IMG/VR virus record: IMGVR_UViG_3300037467_001683
Coordinates: 1-28,155 of that record
From: a virus
Lineage: Duplodnaviria > Caudoviricetes
DNA: 28,155 nucleotides
Strand: one strand, 5' to 3'
The notes beneath the pieces are model-generated. The model did no database searches and was not told the DNA's origin. It worked only from the letters and a program-made list of their open reading frames with translations. Of the stretch, positions 16,354-23,086 are shown piece after piece. The position numbers and the translations under genes were made by a program. The first letter of the stretch is position 1, and each line of letters starts with the position of its first letter.

Positions 16354-16626
16354 ATGAACCCGCTCGACCGCGACGAACTCCGCTTCGTCACCATCTCCGC
16401 CCACGCCGAGGAGAAGATGGCCCTCCGCGACGTGACGCCCGAGGACTTCGCGAAGGCGCTCCTCGCGCCGGAGGTCATCGAGCCGTCCGAGGACGGCGTG
16501 CGCTACGTGCGCGGCGGCATCGCCTACGTCGTCGCTCGGCGCAAGGGTCGCCCGGTCCTCGTGACCGTGCTCCTCCGCTCGGGCAAGCCCTGGACGGACG
16601 CGGACGCGCGCAAGCGCCGCCGCTGA
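16354..16626 (+). CDS. DUF4258-like (RelE/BrnT-type fold) putative RNA-binding protein or RNase
   Basis: TISAHAEEKMALRDVT.E....AL..P...EP, beta strands ending in VLVTVL; 90 aa. Confidence 0.6.
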   Translation: MNPLDRDELRFVTISAHAEEKMALRDVTPEDFAKALLAPEVIEPSEDGVRYVRGGIAYVVARRKGRPVLVTVLLRSGKPWTDADARKRRR

Positions 16627-16632
16627 CCTTGC

Positions 16633-16663
16633 GGGAGGGGCTCCACCCGGGGCCCCTCCTCTT
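16633..16663 (+). terminator. Terminator-like hairpin
   Basis: GGGAGGGGCTCC-ACCC-GGGGCCCCTCCT then CTT. Confidence 0.6.
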
Positions 16664-16717
16664 CGTTCTCGCAGTGAGCCACCATCCGTTTACACCTAGG
16701 CCAGAGGAGGCCATCTC

Positions 16718-17008
16718 ATGCACGGAGTTCTCGTCGTCTCGACCCTCGCCGCCATCGCGTGGGGATTCTTCCGCCGTCCCGCCGACTACGACCGCCCCCG
16801 CCCTGCCCCGAAGCCCGAGGAGGCCCCCGTGACCCGCCTCACCTACCGCGGCCAGCCCGTCGAACTCCTCGCGGACTACGCGACCGGCGAGCGCATCGTC
16901 GCGAAGTGCCGCCCGCGCGGCGCGGGCTACGCCCGGGTCCGCTTCGAGGACGGGCGCGAGCGGACGCTCCGGCGCGACCTCTTCGCCGTCGAGGTAGTCG
17001 CCTCGTGA
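16718..17008 (+). CDS. Membrane-anchored hypothetical protein (possible internal start at 16829)
   Basis: AGAGGAGG RBS; N-terminal TM, Pro-rich linker, small beta domain. Confidence 0.7.
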   Translation: MHGVLVVSTLAAIAWGFFRRPADYDRPRPAPKPEEAPVTRLTYRGQPVELLADYATGERIVAKCRPRGAGYARVRFEDGRERTLRRDLFAVEVVAS

Positions 17009-17097
17009 CGCGCTGGACCCCGGACGCGGAGCCTGAGGACGACCTCCTCGGCATCCTCGTCCGGGACATCCTCCGGGCGCTCCTGCGCCGTCGCTGA
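17005..17097 (+). CDS. 30-aa hypothetical protein
   Basis: GTGA overlap; VTRWTPDAEPEDDLLGILVRDILRALLRRR; ends right before a terminator. Confidence 0.5.
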   Translation: MTRWTPDAEPEDDLLGILVRDILRALLRRR

Positions 17098-17099
17098 CC

Positions 17100-17136
17100 G
17101 AGCGGGCGGGCCTCTCTCCGAGGCTCGCCCGTTCTC
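17100..17136 (+). terminator. Terminator-like hairpin
   Basis: GAGCGGGCGGGCCTC-TCTCC-GAGGCTCGCCCGTTC. Confidence 0.65.
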
Positions 17137-17139
17137 GAC

Positions 17140-17169
17140 TTGCGCACCGTGCCACGGTGCGTTTACACT
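17140..17169 (+). promoter_or_regulatory. Class I promoter plus operator motif
   Basis: TTGCGC-N18-TACACT containing CGTGCCACGGTGCGTTTACAC. Confidence 0.82.
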
Positions 17170-17217
17170 CCTGTCATCGGCCCGAACCGCGGGCCACGAG
17201 GCCAGAGGAGGCCCACC

Positions 17218-17811
17218 ATGAGCACGAACTTCCAGACCCGCGAGGAGTGGCTCGTCGCCGCCGTCGAGGCGCTCGGCGAGACGGTCTTCGCTCCGGCGAA
17301 CATCTCCCTCCCGCCCGTGCGCGTGTCCGTCGGATGGCCTGGGGGCCGCGGCTCGAAGAACAACGTCATCGGCCAGTGCTGGAGCACGGGCGCCGCGAAG
17401 GACAAGGTCGCGAACCTCTTCATCTCGCCCGTTCTGGACGACGCCGCCCGCGTGCTCGACGTGCTCGCGCACGAACTCGTGCACGCCGTAGACGACTGCC
17501 AGAACGGGCACAAGGGCCCCTTCGCCACGATGGCGAAGGCCATCGGCCTCACGGGCTCGATGCGCGCCACGGTCGCCTCGGACGACCTGAAGGCGACGCT
17601 CTCGGCGCTCGTGGCGGACACGCTCGGCGAGTACCCGCACGCGGCGCTCGTGACGGCGGCGGGCACGGGCTCCACGCCGAAGCAGGGCACGCGGATGCTG
17701 AAGGTCGCGTGCGAGACGACGGGCTACACCGCTCGCACGACGGCGAAGTGGCTCGACTCGTACGGCGCCCCGAAGTGCCCGTGCTGCGACGAGGAGATGC
17801 AGCGCGCCTGA
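17218..17811 (+). CDS. SprT-like zinc metalloprotease
   Basis: VLAHELVH (HExxH), GHKGPF, C-terminal C...CPCC zinc motif; 197 aa. Confidence 0.85.
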   Translation: MSTNFQTREEWLVAAVEALGETVFAPANISLPPVRVSVGWPGGRGSKNNVIGQCWSTGAAKDKVANLFISPVLDDAARVLDVLAHELVHAVDDCQNGHKGPFATMAKAIGLTGSMRATVASDDLKATLSALVADTLGEYPHAALVTAAGTGSTPKQGTRMLKVACETTGYTARTTAKWLDSYGAPKCPCCDEEMQRA

Positions 17812-17823
17812 CCCGGCGCCGGA

Positions 17824-17852
17824 GGGGCCCTCGCGACTCGCGGGGGCCCTTC
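17824..17852 (+). terminator. Intrinsic terminator
   Basis: GGGGCCCTCGCG-ACT-CGCGGGGGCCCT then TC. Confidence 0.65.
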
Positions 17853-17855
17853 GCG

Positions 17856-17885
17856 TTGCGGCGTGTAAACGCACCGTGGTACGTT
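17856..17885 (+). promoter_or_regulatory. Class I promoter with the operator motif inverted
   Basis: TTGCGG-N18-TACGTT; 17863-17883 matches the reverse complement of CGTGCCACGGTGCGTTTACAC at 20/21 positions. Confidence 0.75.
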
Positions 17886-17920
17886 TCTCCCATCACCCCA
17901 TCGAGGCAGAGGAGCCCGAC

Positions 17921-18445
17921 ATGAGCAAGGCCCGTAAGACCATCGTCCGTCACGAGGACGGCACCGTTTCGACTCGCGGCTCGGCCCGCGCCATCTACAC
18001 GCACGCCGTCGAGGTCGCCCACGACATGCGCTCGCGTGAGGCCGAGGTGCGCGAGGTCGCGGCGCAGTACCGCGCCGACGCCGACGCGCTGGAGGCCGCG
18101 ACCGCCGCCGAGGCGACGGAGAAGCGTCAGCCGTGGAACTTCCACGGGCGGACGGGCGTCGAGCGCGTCACGGTCTACATCGGCAAGCAGTACCTCGGCG
18201 CGTACATGACGAACGAGGCCGACGGAATCGACGTGGAGGCCGCTCGCGTGGCGCGCGTCGCCGAACTCCGCGAGCACGGCGACGGGTACGAGGAGCGCGC
18301 CGACGCTCTCGCGGCGGGCCCCGCGCTGACCTTCAGCGTCTACCGCTGGAGCGGCTCCCGGGCGAACGCCGAGAAGGGCGCTCGTGAACTCGACCGCGCG
18401 ACGCACGTCGCCCGCGTCCGTATCGTGGAGGTCGAGGAGGCATGA
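17921..18445 (+). CDS. Hypothetical early protein
   Basis: AGAGGAG RBS; 174 aa; TRGSARAIYTHAV...RWSGSRANAEK. Confidence 0.8.
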   Translation: MSKARKTIVRHEDGTVSTRGSARAIYTHAVEVAHDMRSREAEVREVAAQYRADADALEAATAAEATEKRQPWNFHGRTGVERVTVYIGKQYLGAYMTNEADGIDVEAARVARVAELREHGDGYEERADALAAGPALTFSVYRWSGSRANAEKGARELDRATHVARVRIVEVEEA

Positions 18446-18525
18446 CGCCTCCGGGAGGGGCTGGCCTAGACTGGCCCCTCCCGCGCCGCGGCGCTTGTCC
18501 TGTCACATCACAGAGAGGCCCGACC

Positions 18526-18804
18526 GTGGCTCACCGCTACCTCCTGACCGCGAACGTCCTCACGGACGACGAAGACACCGCCCTCGCCGCCGCGGGGGCT
18601 ATCGGCGCCCTCGTGGACGAGCGATGCATCGTCATCGACCGCGAGGCCCGCCCCATCGCGAAGTCCGGCGTCGCATACGTCGCCGTGACGTTCCTCGCGG
18701 CGTCCGACGCCGAGGCCGACGACCTGCGCGAGCGGGCCGCGCGCCTGCCTGGACTCCCGCCGATGGACGCCGTGAAGACTCGCGTCCTGAAGCGCAACGC
18801 CTGA
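18526..18804 (+). CDS. Hypothetical protein
   Basis: GTG start after AGAGAGG; 92 aa; preceded by a hairpin at 18452-18483. Confidence 0.7.
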   Translation: MAHRYLLTANVLTDDEDTALAAAGAIGALVDERCIVIDREARPIAKSGVAYVAVTFLAASDAEADDLRERAARLPGLPPMDAVKTRVLKRNA

Positions 18805-18827
18805 CGCGCCCGCTCCCGGGCGCAGAC

Positions 18828-18864
18828 GAGAGGCCCCTCCCCGGACTCGGGTAGGGGCCTCTTC
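18828..18864. terminator. Terminator between convergent genes
   Basis: GAGAGGCCCCT...AGGGGCCTCT then TC. Confidence 0.65.
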
Positions 18865-18879
18865 GCGTCTCTCCGCGGC

Positions 18880-19116
18880 TCACGTGCGCGCGTTGCGGAC
18901 CTCCGCGACGAGCCGCCCGTCGCCCTCGCTCGGCAGGAGCACGACCTCGACCCCGGGACGCTCCAGCCACTCGGCGACGACCTCGCGCATCCCGTCCGGG
19001 AGAGCGTCGAGCATCCCGGGCGTGACGCGGAGCGGCTTCCGATGCTCGGGGGCTACCTGCGAGCGCGTCTCGGGTGTGAGCGAGACCCCCATCCGCTCCG
19101 CGACTTTCCTCCTCAT
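18880..19116 (-). CDS. Hypothetical protein (the only convincing minus-strand gene)
   Basis: Minus-strand RBS CCAGAGGAGGAGAC-ATG; fills a gap in + strand coding; ends at a shared terminator. Confidence 0.75.
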   Translation of the reverse strand: MRRKVAERMGVSLTPETRSQVAPEHRKPLRVTPGMLDALPDGMREVVAEWLERPGVEVVLLPSEGDGRLVAEVRNART

Positions 19117-19248
19117 GTCTCCTCCTCTGGGCCGGTTTGGGGCCTGTCGGAGCCCCGGCCTAGCATTCTGGCGGGGCCCCGTTCAACAGAGACCGCCGCC
19201 CCCGCACGCCGTCCTCTCTACACCCCCGAAGGCAGGGCCTAACACCGT

Positions 19249-19896
19249 ATGTTCCCTCTCCCCGTACCCTCCGGCGCCGTCGCCGTTCTCGACATCGAGC
19301 ACCTCCCGGAGGAGGAGGTCGAGCGCCTCGCCGCCGAGGGCTCCCTCGTCGTCATCGCGACGGACTCCCGCACGTTCCGCGTCCGCCCGACGGCGGATGG
19401 TCTCCTCGTCCGCACGCCGACGGCGGGCGCTCGCTTCCGCAAGGCCACTCGTCGCGGCCTCGTCCTCGCCGCCGCGGTCGGCGGTCTCCTCTATGTCGCC
19501 GATACCTGGGCCGAGCAGAAGGGCGACCCCGTGATCTACACGACGCCGACCGGCGAGACCGTCGCCGTCCGCGGAGGCCACGCCTCGACCGTGAGCGTCG
19601 AGCACGGCATGGTCCCGACGACGCCGGTCCCGAGCCCGTCTCGGATGGAGCCCGTCGCTCGCGCCGCCACGCGCCCGTCTCTGGCCCCGGCGAAGCCGCT
19701 CCCTCGTGCGACTCCCGACCTGCCTTCGCAGGCCGCGGAGCGTGCCACGACGGCTATGCGCAACCGCCCGGAGCCCGTCCGGGCGAAGCCCGTCAAGCAG
19801 GCGACGCCGACGCCCTCGCCGACGACACGCTCGGCGGTCGAGGTGGCCGTGGACCTCCCGGTTCTGCCTCGCGTGGAGGTCATGCTCGCCCCCTGA
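19249..19896 (+). CDS. Membrane protein with Pro/Thr-rich extracytoplasmic region
   Basis: TM segment GLVLAAAVGGLLYVA after RFRKATRR; low-complexity C-terminal half. Confidence 0.65.
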   Translation: MFPLPVPSGAVAVLDIEHLPEEEVERLAAEGSLVVIATDSRTFRVRPTADGLLVRTPTAGARFRKATRRGLVLAAAVGGLLYVADTWAEQKGDPVIYTTPTGETVAVRGGHASTVSVEHGMVPTTPVPSPSRMEPVARAATRPSLAPAKPLPRATPDLPSQAAERATTAMRNRPEPVRAKPVKQATPTPSPTTRSAVEVAVDLPVLPRVEVMLAP

Positions 19897-19901
19897 CCTG
19901 C

Positions 19902-19957
19902 GAAGACTCCGTTCCTAGGGCGCTCTCGGGGGAGTTGCCCCTAGGGGCGGAGTTTTC
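19902..19957. other. Long imperfect inverted repeat upstream of int (candidate attP or RNA hairpin)
   Basis: GAAGACTCCGTTCCTAGGG...CCCTAGGGGCGGAGTTTTC; 19-bp arms centred on 19929-19930. Confidence 0.45.
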
Positions 19958-19999
19958 AGAAGGTCCGCCCCTTGCGTCACCCGGGGCTAGACTCCCCGC

Positions 20000-21646
20000 A
20001 TGACTACCGAACCGCTCCCGGCCTCGCCGGACGCCGCGGCGGCGATCTACGTGCGCCGCTCCCACAAGAACGCGAAGGACACGCACCGCCTCGGGCGCTC
20101 GATGCGCGAGCAAGAGGCCGACTGTCGAGCCCTCGCCGCCCGCGTCGGGCTGGCCGTCGTGCGAGTCTACGCGGAGCGCGAGGGCACGGGCGCGAGCCGC
20201 TACTCGCGCAAGGCCCGCCCCGTGTGGGAGGAGGCCCTCCGCGACCTCGACGGCGGCGAGGACTTCCGCACGCTCCTCGTGTGGGACTTGGACCGCGCCA
20301 CGCGCAAGGGCGCCGTGGAGGCGGGCGAACTCGCCGAGCGCCACTCGGGCAAGGGCCGACGCATCCTCGGCGTGGACGGCACGGACACGGGCGACGAACG
20401 CTCGCGCCTCTCCCTCATCGTCCGGGCCGAGGTCGCCCGGGAGGAGGCCGAGAAACTCTCGAAGCGCGTCTCCCGGGCTCGCCGTCACGCGCGCGATGCC
20501 GGGAAGTGGCAGAGCGGGAAGCCGCCCCTCGGGCTCCGGCGCGCGGAGGACGGGACGCTGGAGCACGACCCGGCGACGTACGCCCTCGCCCGCCGCATCG
20601 CAGACGAGGCCCTCGCCGGTCGCTCGCCGTACCTCATCGCGAAGGGGCTCAACGTCGAGGGCATCCCGGCGAGCCGTGGCGGCGAGTGGCGCGCGTCGTC
20701 CATCCGCGAACTCCTGAAGGCTCCGGGCTTCGCGGGCCTCCAGTCGCTCCGGCGCAAGACGCCCTCCGGGGGCTGGGCCAACGTCGCCGATGTCTACCTG
20801 AACGCCGACGGGCACCCGGTCTCGGTCGGCGCGGGCGTCATCACGGAGGCCGAGCGCGTCCGCATCCTCGACCTCCACGATGAGCGGGCGGGCGAGCGCC
20901 GGACGGGCCGACGTGGCGGGCTCGGGGGCGGGCCCTCGACGCTCCTCCGCGGGCTCGTGAGGTGCGCCTCGTGCGAGCGTCTGGCGCGCGTGAACGGGAA
21001 CCGCCTCGGGCACCGCTCCTACTCGTGCGCGTCGCGAGGTGCCGGGGCTTCGTGCCTGGGCTTCAACGCGCCCGAGCGGCGGACCGACGAGGCCGTGGTG
21101 GACGCCTTCCTCCGCCGCCTCGCCATCGACCCGGAGGACGAGACCGAAGACCCGCACCGCGTCGAACTCCTCGCCGAGGTCGCCCGCCGATGGGCGGCGC
21201 GCGTGGACCCCGCGGCGGCGACGGAGCGGAACCGCCTCGCCGAGGTGCTCGCCCGCTTCGAGGCTGACCTCTCTCGCGTCGTGGACCTCGCGGCGGCGGG
21301 CGTCCTGACGACGGAGGAGGCGGCGCAGAGGCTCCCCGGGCTCCGCTCCCGTGTAGCCGAGGCCCGAGCCGCTCTCGCGACGCTCCCGGGCCCTGAGGGC
21401 GACATGACGCCCCTCCTCGACATGACACAGAGCCGCGAGGCATGGGAGGCCCTGCCCGTCGAGGAACGTCGCGCCCTCCTCGGTCTCGCCATCGAGCGCG
21501 TGACGGTCACCCGTGCGCCCTCTCGTGGGGCCCGTTTCTACCCGGGCGAGCGCGTGCTCATCCATTGGGTGAACCCTCCGGGAGGCACGTCTCCCGCTGG
21601 ACCCCGGCGCCACAACGCCGGAGGAGCGCCGGAGGAAGCCCCGTAG
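20000..21646 (+). CDS. int: Large serine recombinase (integrase)
   Basis: Catalytic IYVRRS, GAS..SRKARP, WDLDRATR, recombinase domain (GKPPLG, IAKGLN.EGI), zinc ribbon LRGLVRCASC...YSC...C, coiled coil; leaderless TAGACT-CCCCGC-ATG. Confidence 0.93.
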   Translation: MTTEPLPASPDAAAAIYVRRSHKNAKDTHRLGRSMREQEADCRALAARVGLAVVRVYAEREGTGASRYSRKARPVWEEALRDLDGGEDFRTLLVWDLDRATRKGAVEAGELAERHSGKGRRILGVDGTDTGDERSRLSLIVRAEVAREEAEKLSKRVSRARRHARDAGKWQSGKPPLGLRRAEDGTLEHDPATYALARRIADEALAGRSPYLIAKGLNVEGIPASRGGEWRASSIRELLKAPGFAGLQSLRRKTPSGGWANVADVYLNADGHPVSVGAGVITEAERVRILDLHDERAGERRTGRRGGLGGGPSTLLRGLVRCASCERLARVNGNRLGHRSYSCASRGAGASCLGFNAPERRTDEAVVDAFLRRLAIDPEDETEDPHRVELLAEVARRWAARVDPAAATERNRLAEVLARFEADLSRVVDLAAAGVLTTEEAAQRLPGLRSRVAEARAALATLPGPEGDMTPLLDMTQSREAWEALPVEERRALLGLAIERVTVTRAPSRGARFYPGERVLIHWVNPPGGTSPAGPRRHNAGGAPEEAP

Positions 21647-21654
21647 GGGCCTCT

Positions 21655-21768
21655 CCCGTGTAGGAAGTGCAGGAACTACCTACATTCTCTATTACCTCTT
21701 TAGGCGCTCTCTCTCTAGTACGGAATAGAGAATGTAGGAACTTCGTGCACTTCCTACACGCCGCCCCG
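21655..21768. repeat. 114-bp nested palindromic element, copy 2
   Basis: Direct-orientation copy of 741-854, 8 nt after the int stop; arms 21658-21693 and 21724-21759 pair at 33/36 positions. Confidence 0.95.
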
Positions 21769-21777
21769 TCGCGGGAG

Positions 21778-21807
21778 TTGCGCCCCGTGCCACGGCGCGT
21801 TTACACT
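21778..21807 (+). promoter_or_regulatory. Class I promoter plus operator motif
   Basis: TTGCGC-N18-TACACT containing CGTGCCACGGCGCGTTTACAC. Confidence 0.82.
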
Positions 21808-21851
21808 CTCCCCATCGGCCCCACTCGGGGGCCTGTCCAGAGGAGGACACC

Positions 21852-22355
21852 ATGACCGCTCGCTCCGCCGCCCCGACCGCCCTCGACCGCCTCTCCGCCA
21901 TGCACCCGCACCACGTCGAGCGCATCCGCAACGCGCAGGCCCGCGTAATGCCCGGGACCGTCGCGACCTTCACGGGCGGCTCCGAGTCCGGCGCTGCCGA
22001 GTTCTTCACGGGCATTGCCCGCGGCTCCCGCGTCGTCATCACGTCGCGCTCCTCCATCTCCCTCTCGGTCCAGAGCATCGAGCACGGCGGCGCCCACCTC
22101 TCCGTCTCGGACCCCGAGCGCATCGCCCTCGTCCCGCTCGCCGAGTGGACGCACGCCGACGCCGTGGCCGCGCGTGACGCCGCCGAGAAGGCGTCCGCCG
22201 AGGCCCTCGCGACGGCACGCGACCGGCGCGCGAAGGGCATGGACGACGCCGCCCTGAAGGCGCTCGATGACTCGCAGGAGTCCTACCTCCTCGCCTTCGC
22301 GCTCCGCATCTTCGCGGAGTACCTCGACTCGGACCGCCTGGGCTTCATGTCCTGA
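21852..22355 (+). CDS. Hypothetical early protein
   Basis: AGAGGAGG RBS; 167 aa; has its own promoter and terminator. Confidence 0.8.
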   Translation: MTARSAAPTALDRLSAMHPHHVERIRNAQARVMPGTVATFTGGSESGAAEFFTGIARGSRVVITSRSSISLSVQSIEHGGAHLSVSDPERIALVPLAEWTHADAVAARDAAEKASAEALATARDRRAKGMDDAALKALDDSQESYLLAFALRIFAEYLDSDRLGFMS

Positions 22356-22370
22356 CCCCGGCGTCCCGCG

Positions 22371-22399
22371 AGGCCCGTCCCTACCCGGGGCGGGCCTTC
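22371..22399 (+). terminator. Intrinsic terminator
   Basis: AGGCCCGTCCC-TACCC-GGGGCGGGCCT then TC. Confidence 0.65.
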
Positions 22400-22411
22400 G
22401 TCGTGTCGGGC

Positions 22412-22441
22412 TTGCGTGGCGTGCCACGGTGCGTTTACACT
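22412..22441 (+). promoter_or_regulatory. Class I promoter plus operator motif
   Basis: TTGCGT-N18-TACACT containing CGTGCCACGGTGCGTTTACAC. Confidence 0.82.
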
Positions 22442-22488
22442 CTCCTCATCGGCTCCGCACGGGAGCCCCGAGGGCAGAGGAGCCCGAC

Positions 22489-22941
22489 ATGACCCGCTCG
22501 ACCTACACCGTCCCCGCCGCTCCGACGTGCATCGTCGCCGGGTGCGACCGTGAGGCGTCCTTCGACAGTGAGAGCCGCTCCTACTTCGGCAAGTGCGACA
22601 CGTGCGCGATGGTCGGCGTCGAGCACTGCATCGCGGACGAGTGCCTCATCGGGGGCCACACGTGGCGCCTCTCGACCGTCCGCTTCGACGGCACGACGTA
22701 CCTCTTCACGTGCCCCTCGTGCGGCTTCGACGGCGACCGTCTCGCGTGGGCGGCGCGCTCCGGCGCTATCGCTGGGAGCCGTGACGCCGCTCGCGGCGAG
22801 GCGTGGCTCGTGGAGGGGCGCCGTGCGCAGCAGGAGAAGAACCTCCGCGACGCCTGGACGCCGAACAAGAGGACTCAGTGGGGCGAGCCCTCGTGGGGCT
22901 CCATCACCTACGCCCGCGCGTACCTCGCGGCGACCGCCTGA
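22489..22941 (+). CDS. Cys-rich (zinc-binding) hypothetical protein
   Basis: CIVAGC, CDTC, CIADEC...H, CPSC; 150 aa; AGAGGAG RBS. Confidence 0.78.
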   Translation: MTRSTYTVPAAPTCIVAGCDREASFDSESRSYFGKCDTCAMVGVEHCIADECLIGGHTWRLSTVRFDGTTYLFTCPSCGFDGDRLAWAARSGAIAGSRDAARGEAWLVEGRRAQQEKNLRDAWTPNKRTQWGEPSWGSITYARAYLAATA

Positions 22942-22951
22942 CCGCCTCCTC

Positions 22952-22983
22952 GAAGGGCCCTCGACTCCGGTCGGGGGCCTTTC
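22952..22983 (+). terminator. Intrinsic terminator
   Basis: GAAGGGCCCTCGAC-TCCG-GTCGGGGGCCTTTC. Confidence 0.7.
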
Positions 22984-22993
22984 TGCATTCCCG

Positions 22994-23022
22994 TGAGCAG
23001 ACCTCGAAGTCCTGGCCCATTC
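22994..23022 (+). promoter_or_regulatory. Class II promoter
   Basis: TGAGCA-N14-GGCCCATTC then CTCCCCTGTCACC. Confidence 0.8.
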
Positions 23023-23086
23023 CTCCCCTGTCACCGAGCGGCACGCCACGAGGGCGGGCCGCGACAGAGAGAGGACACACCCACTC

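Noticed and set aside
21655-21768. Duplicate palindrome as a simple assembly artefact
   Set aside because: The copies differ at seven positions in a structure-related way and have distinct, coherent flanks; long reads would still be needed to exclude it completely
16277-22441. Repeated 21-mer as a CRISPR array or integron attC sites
   Set aside because: Copies are separated by whole genes at irregular distances, coincide with -35/-10 boxes, and no tyrosine integron integrase is present
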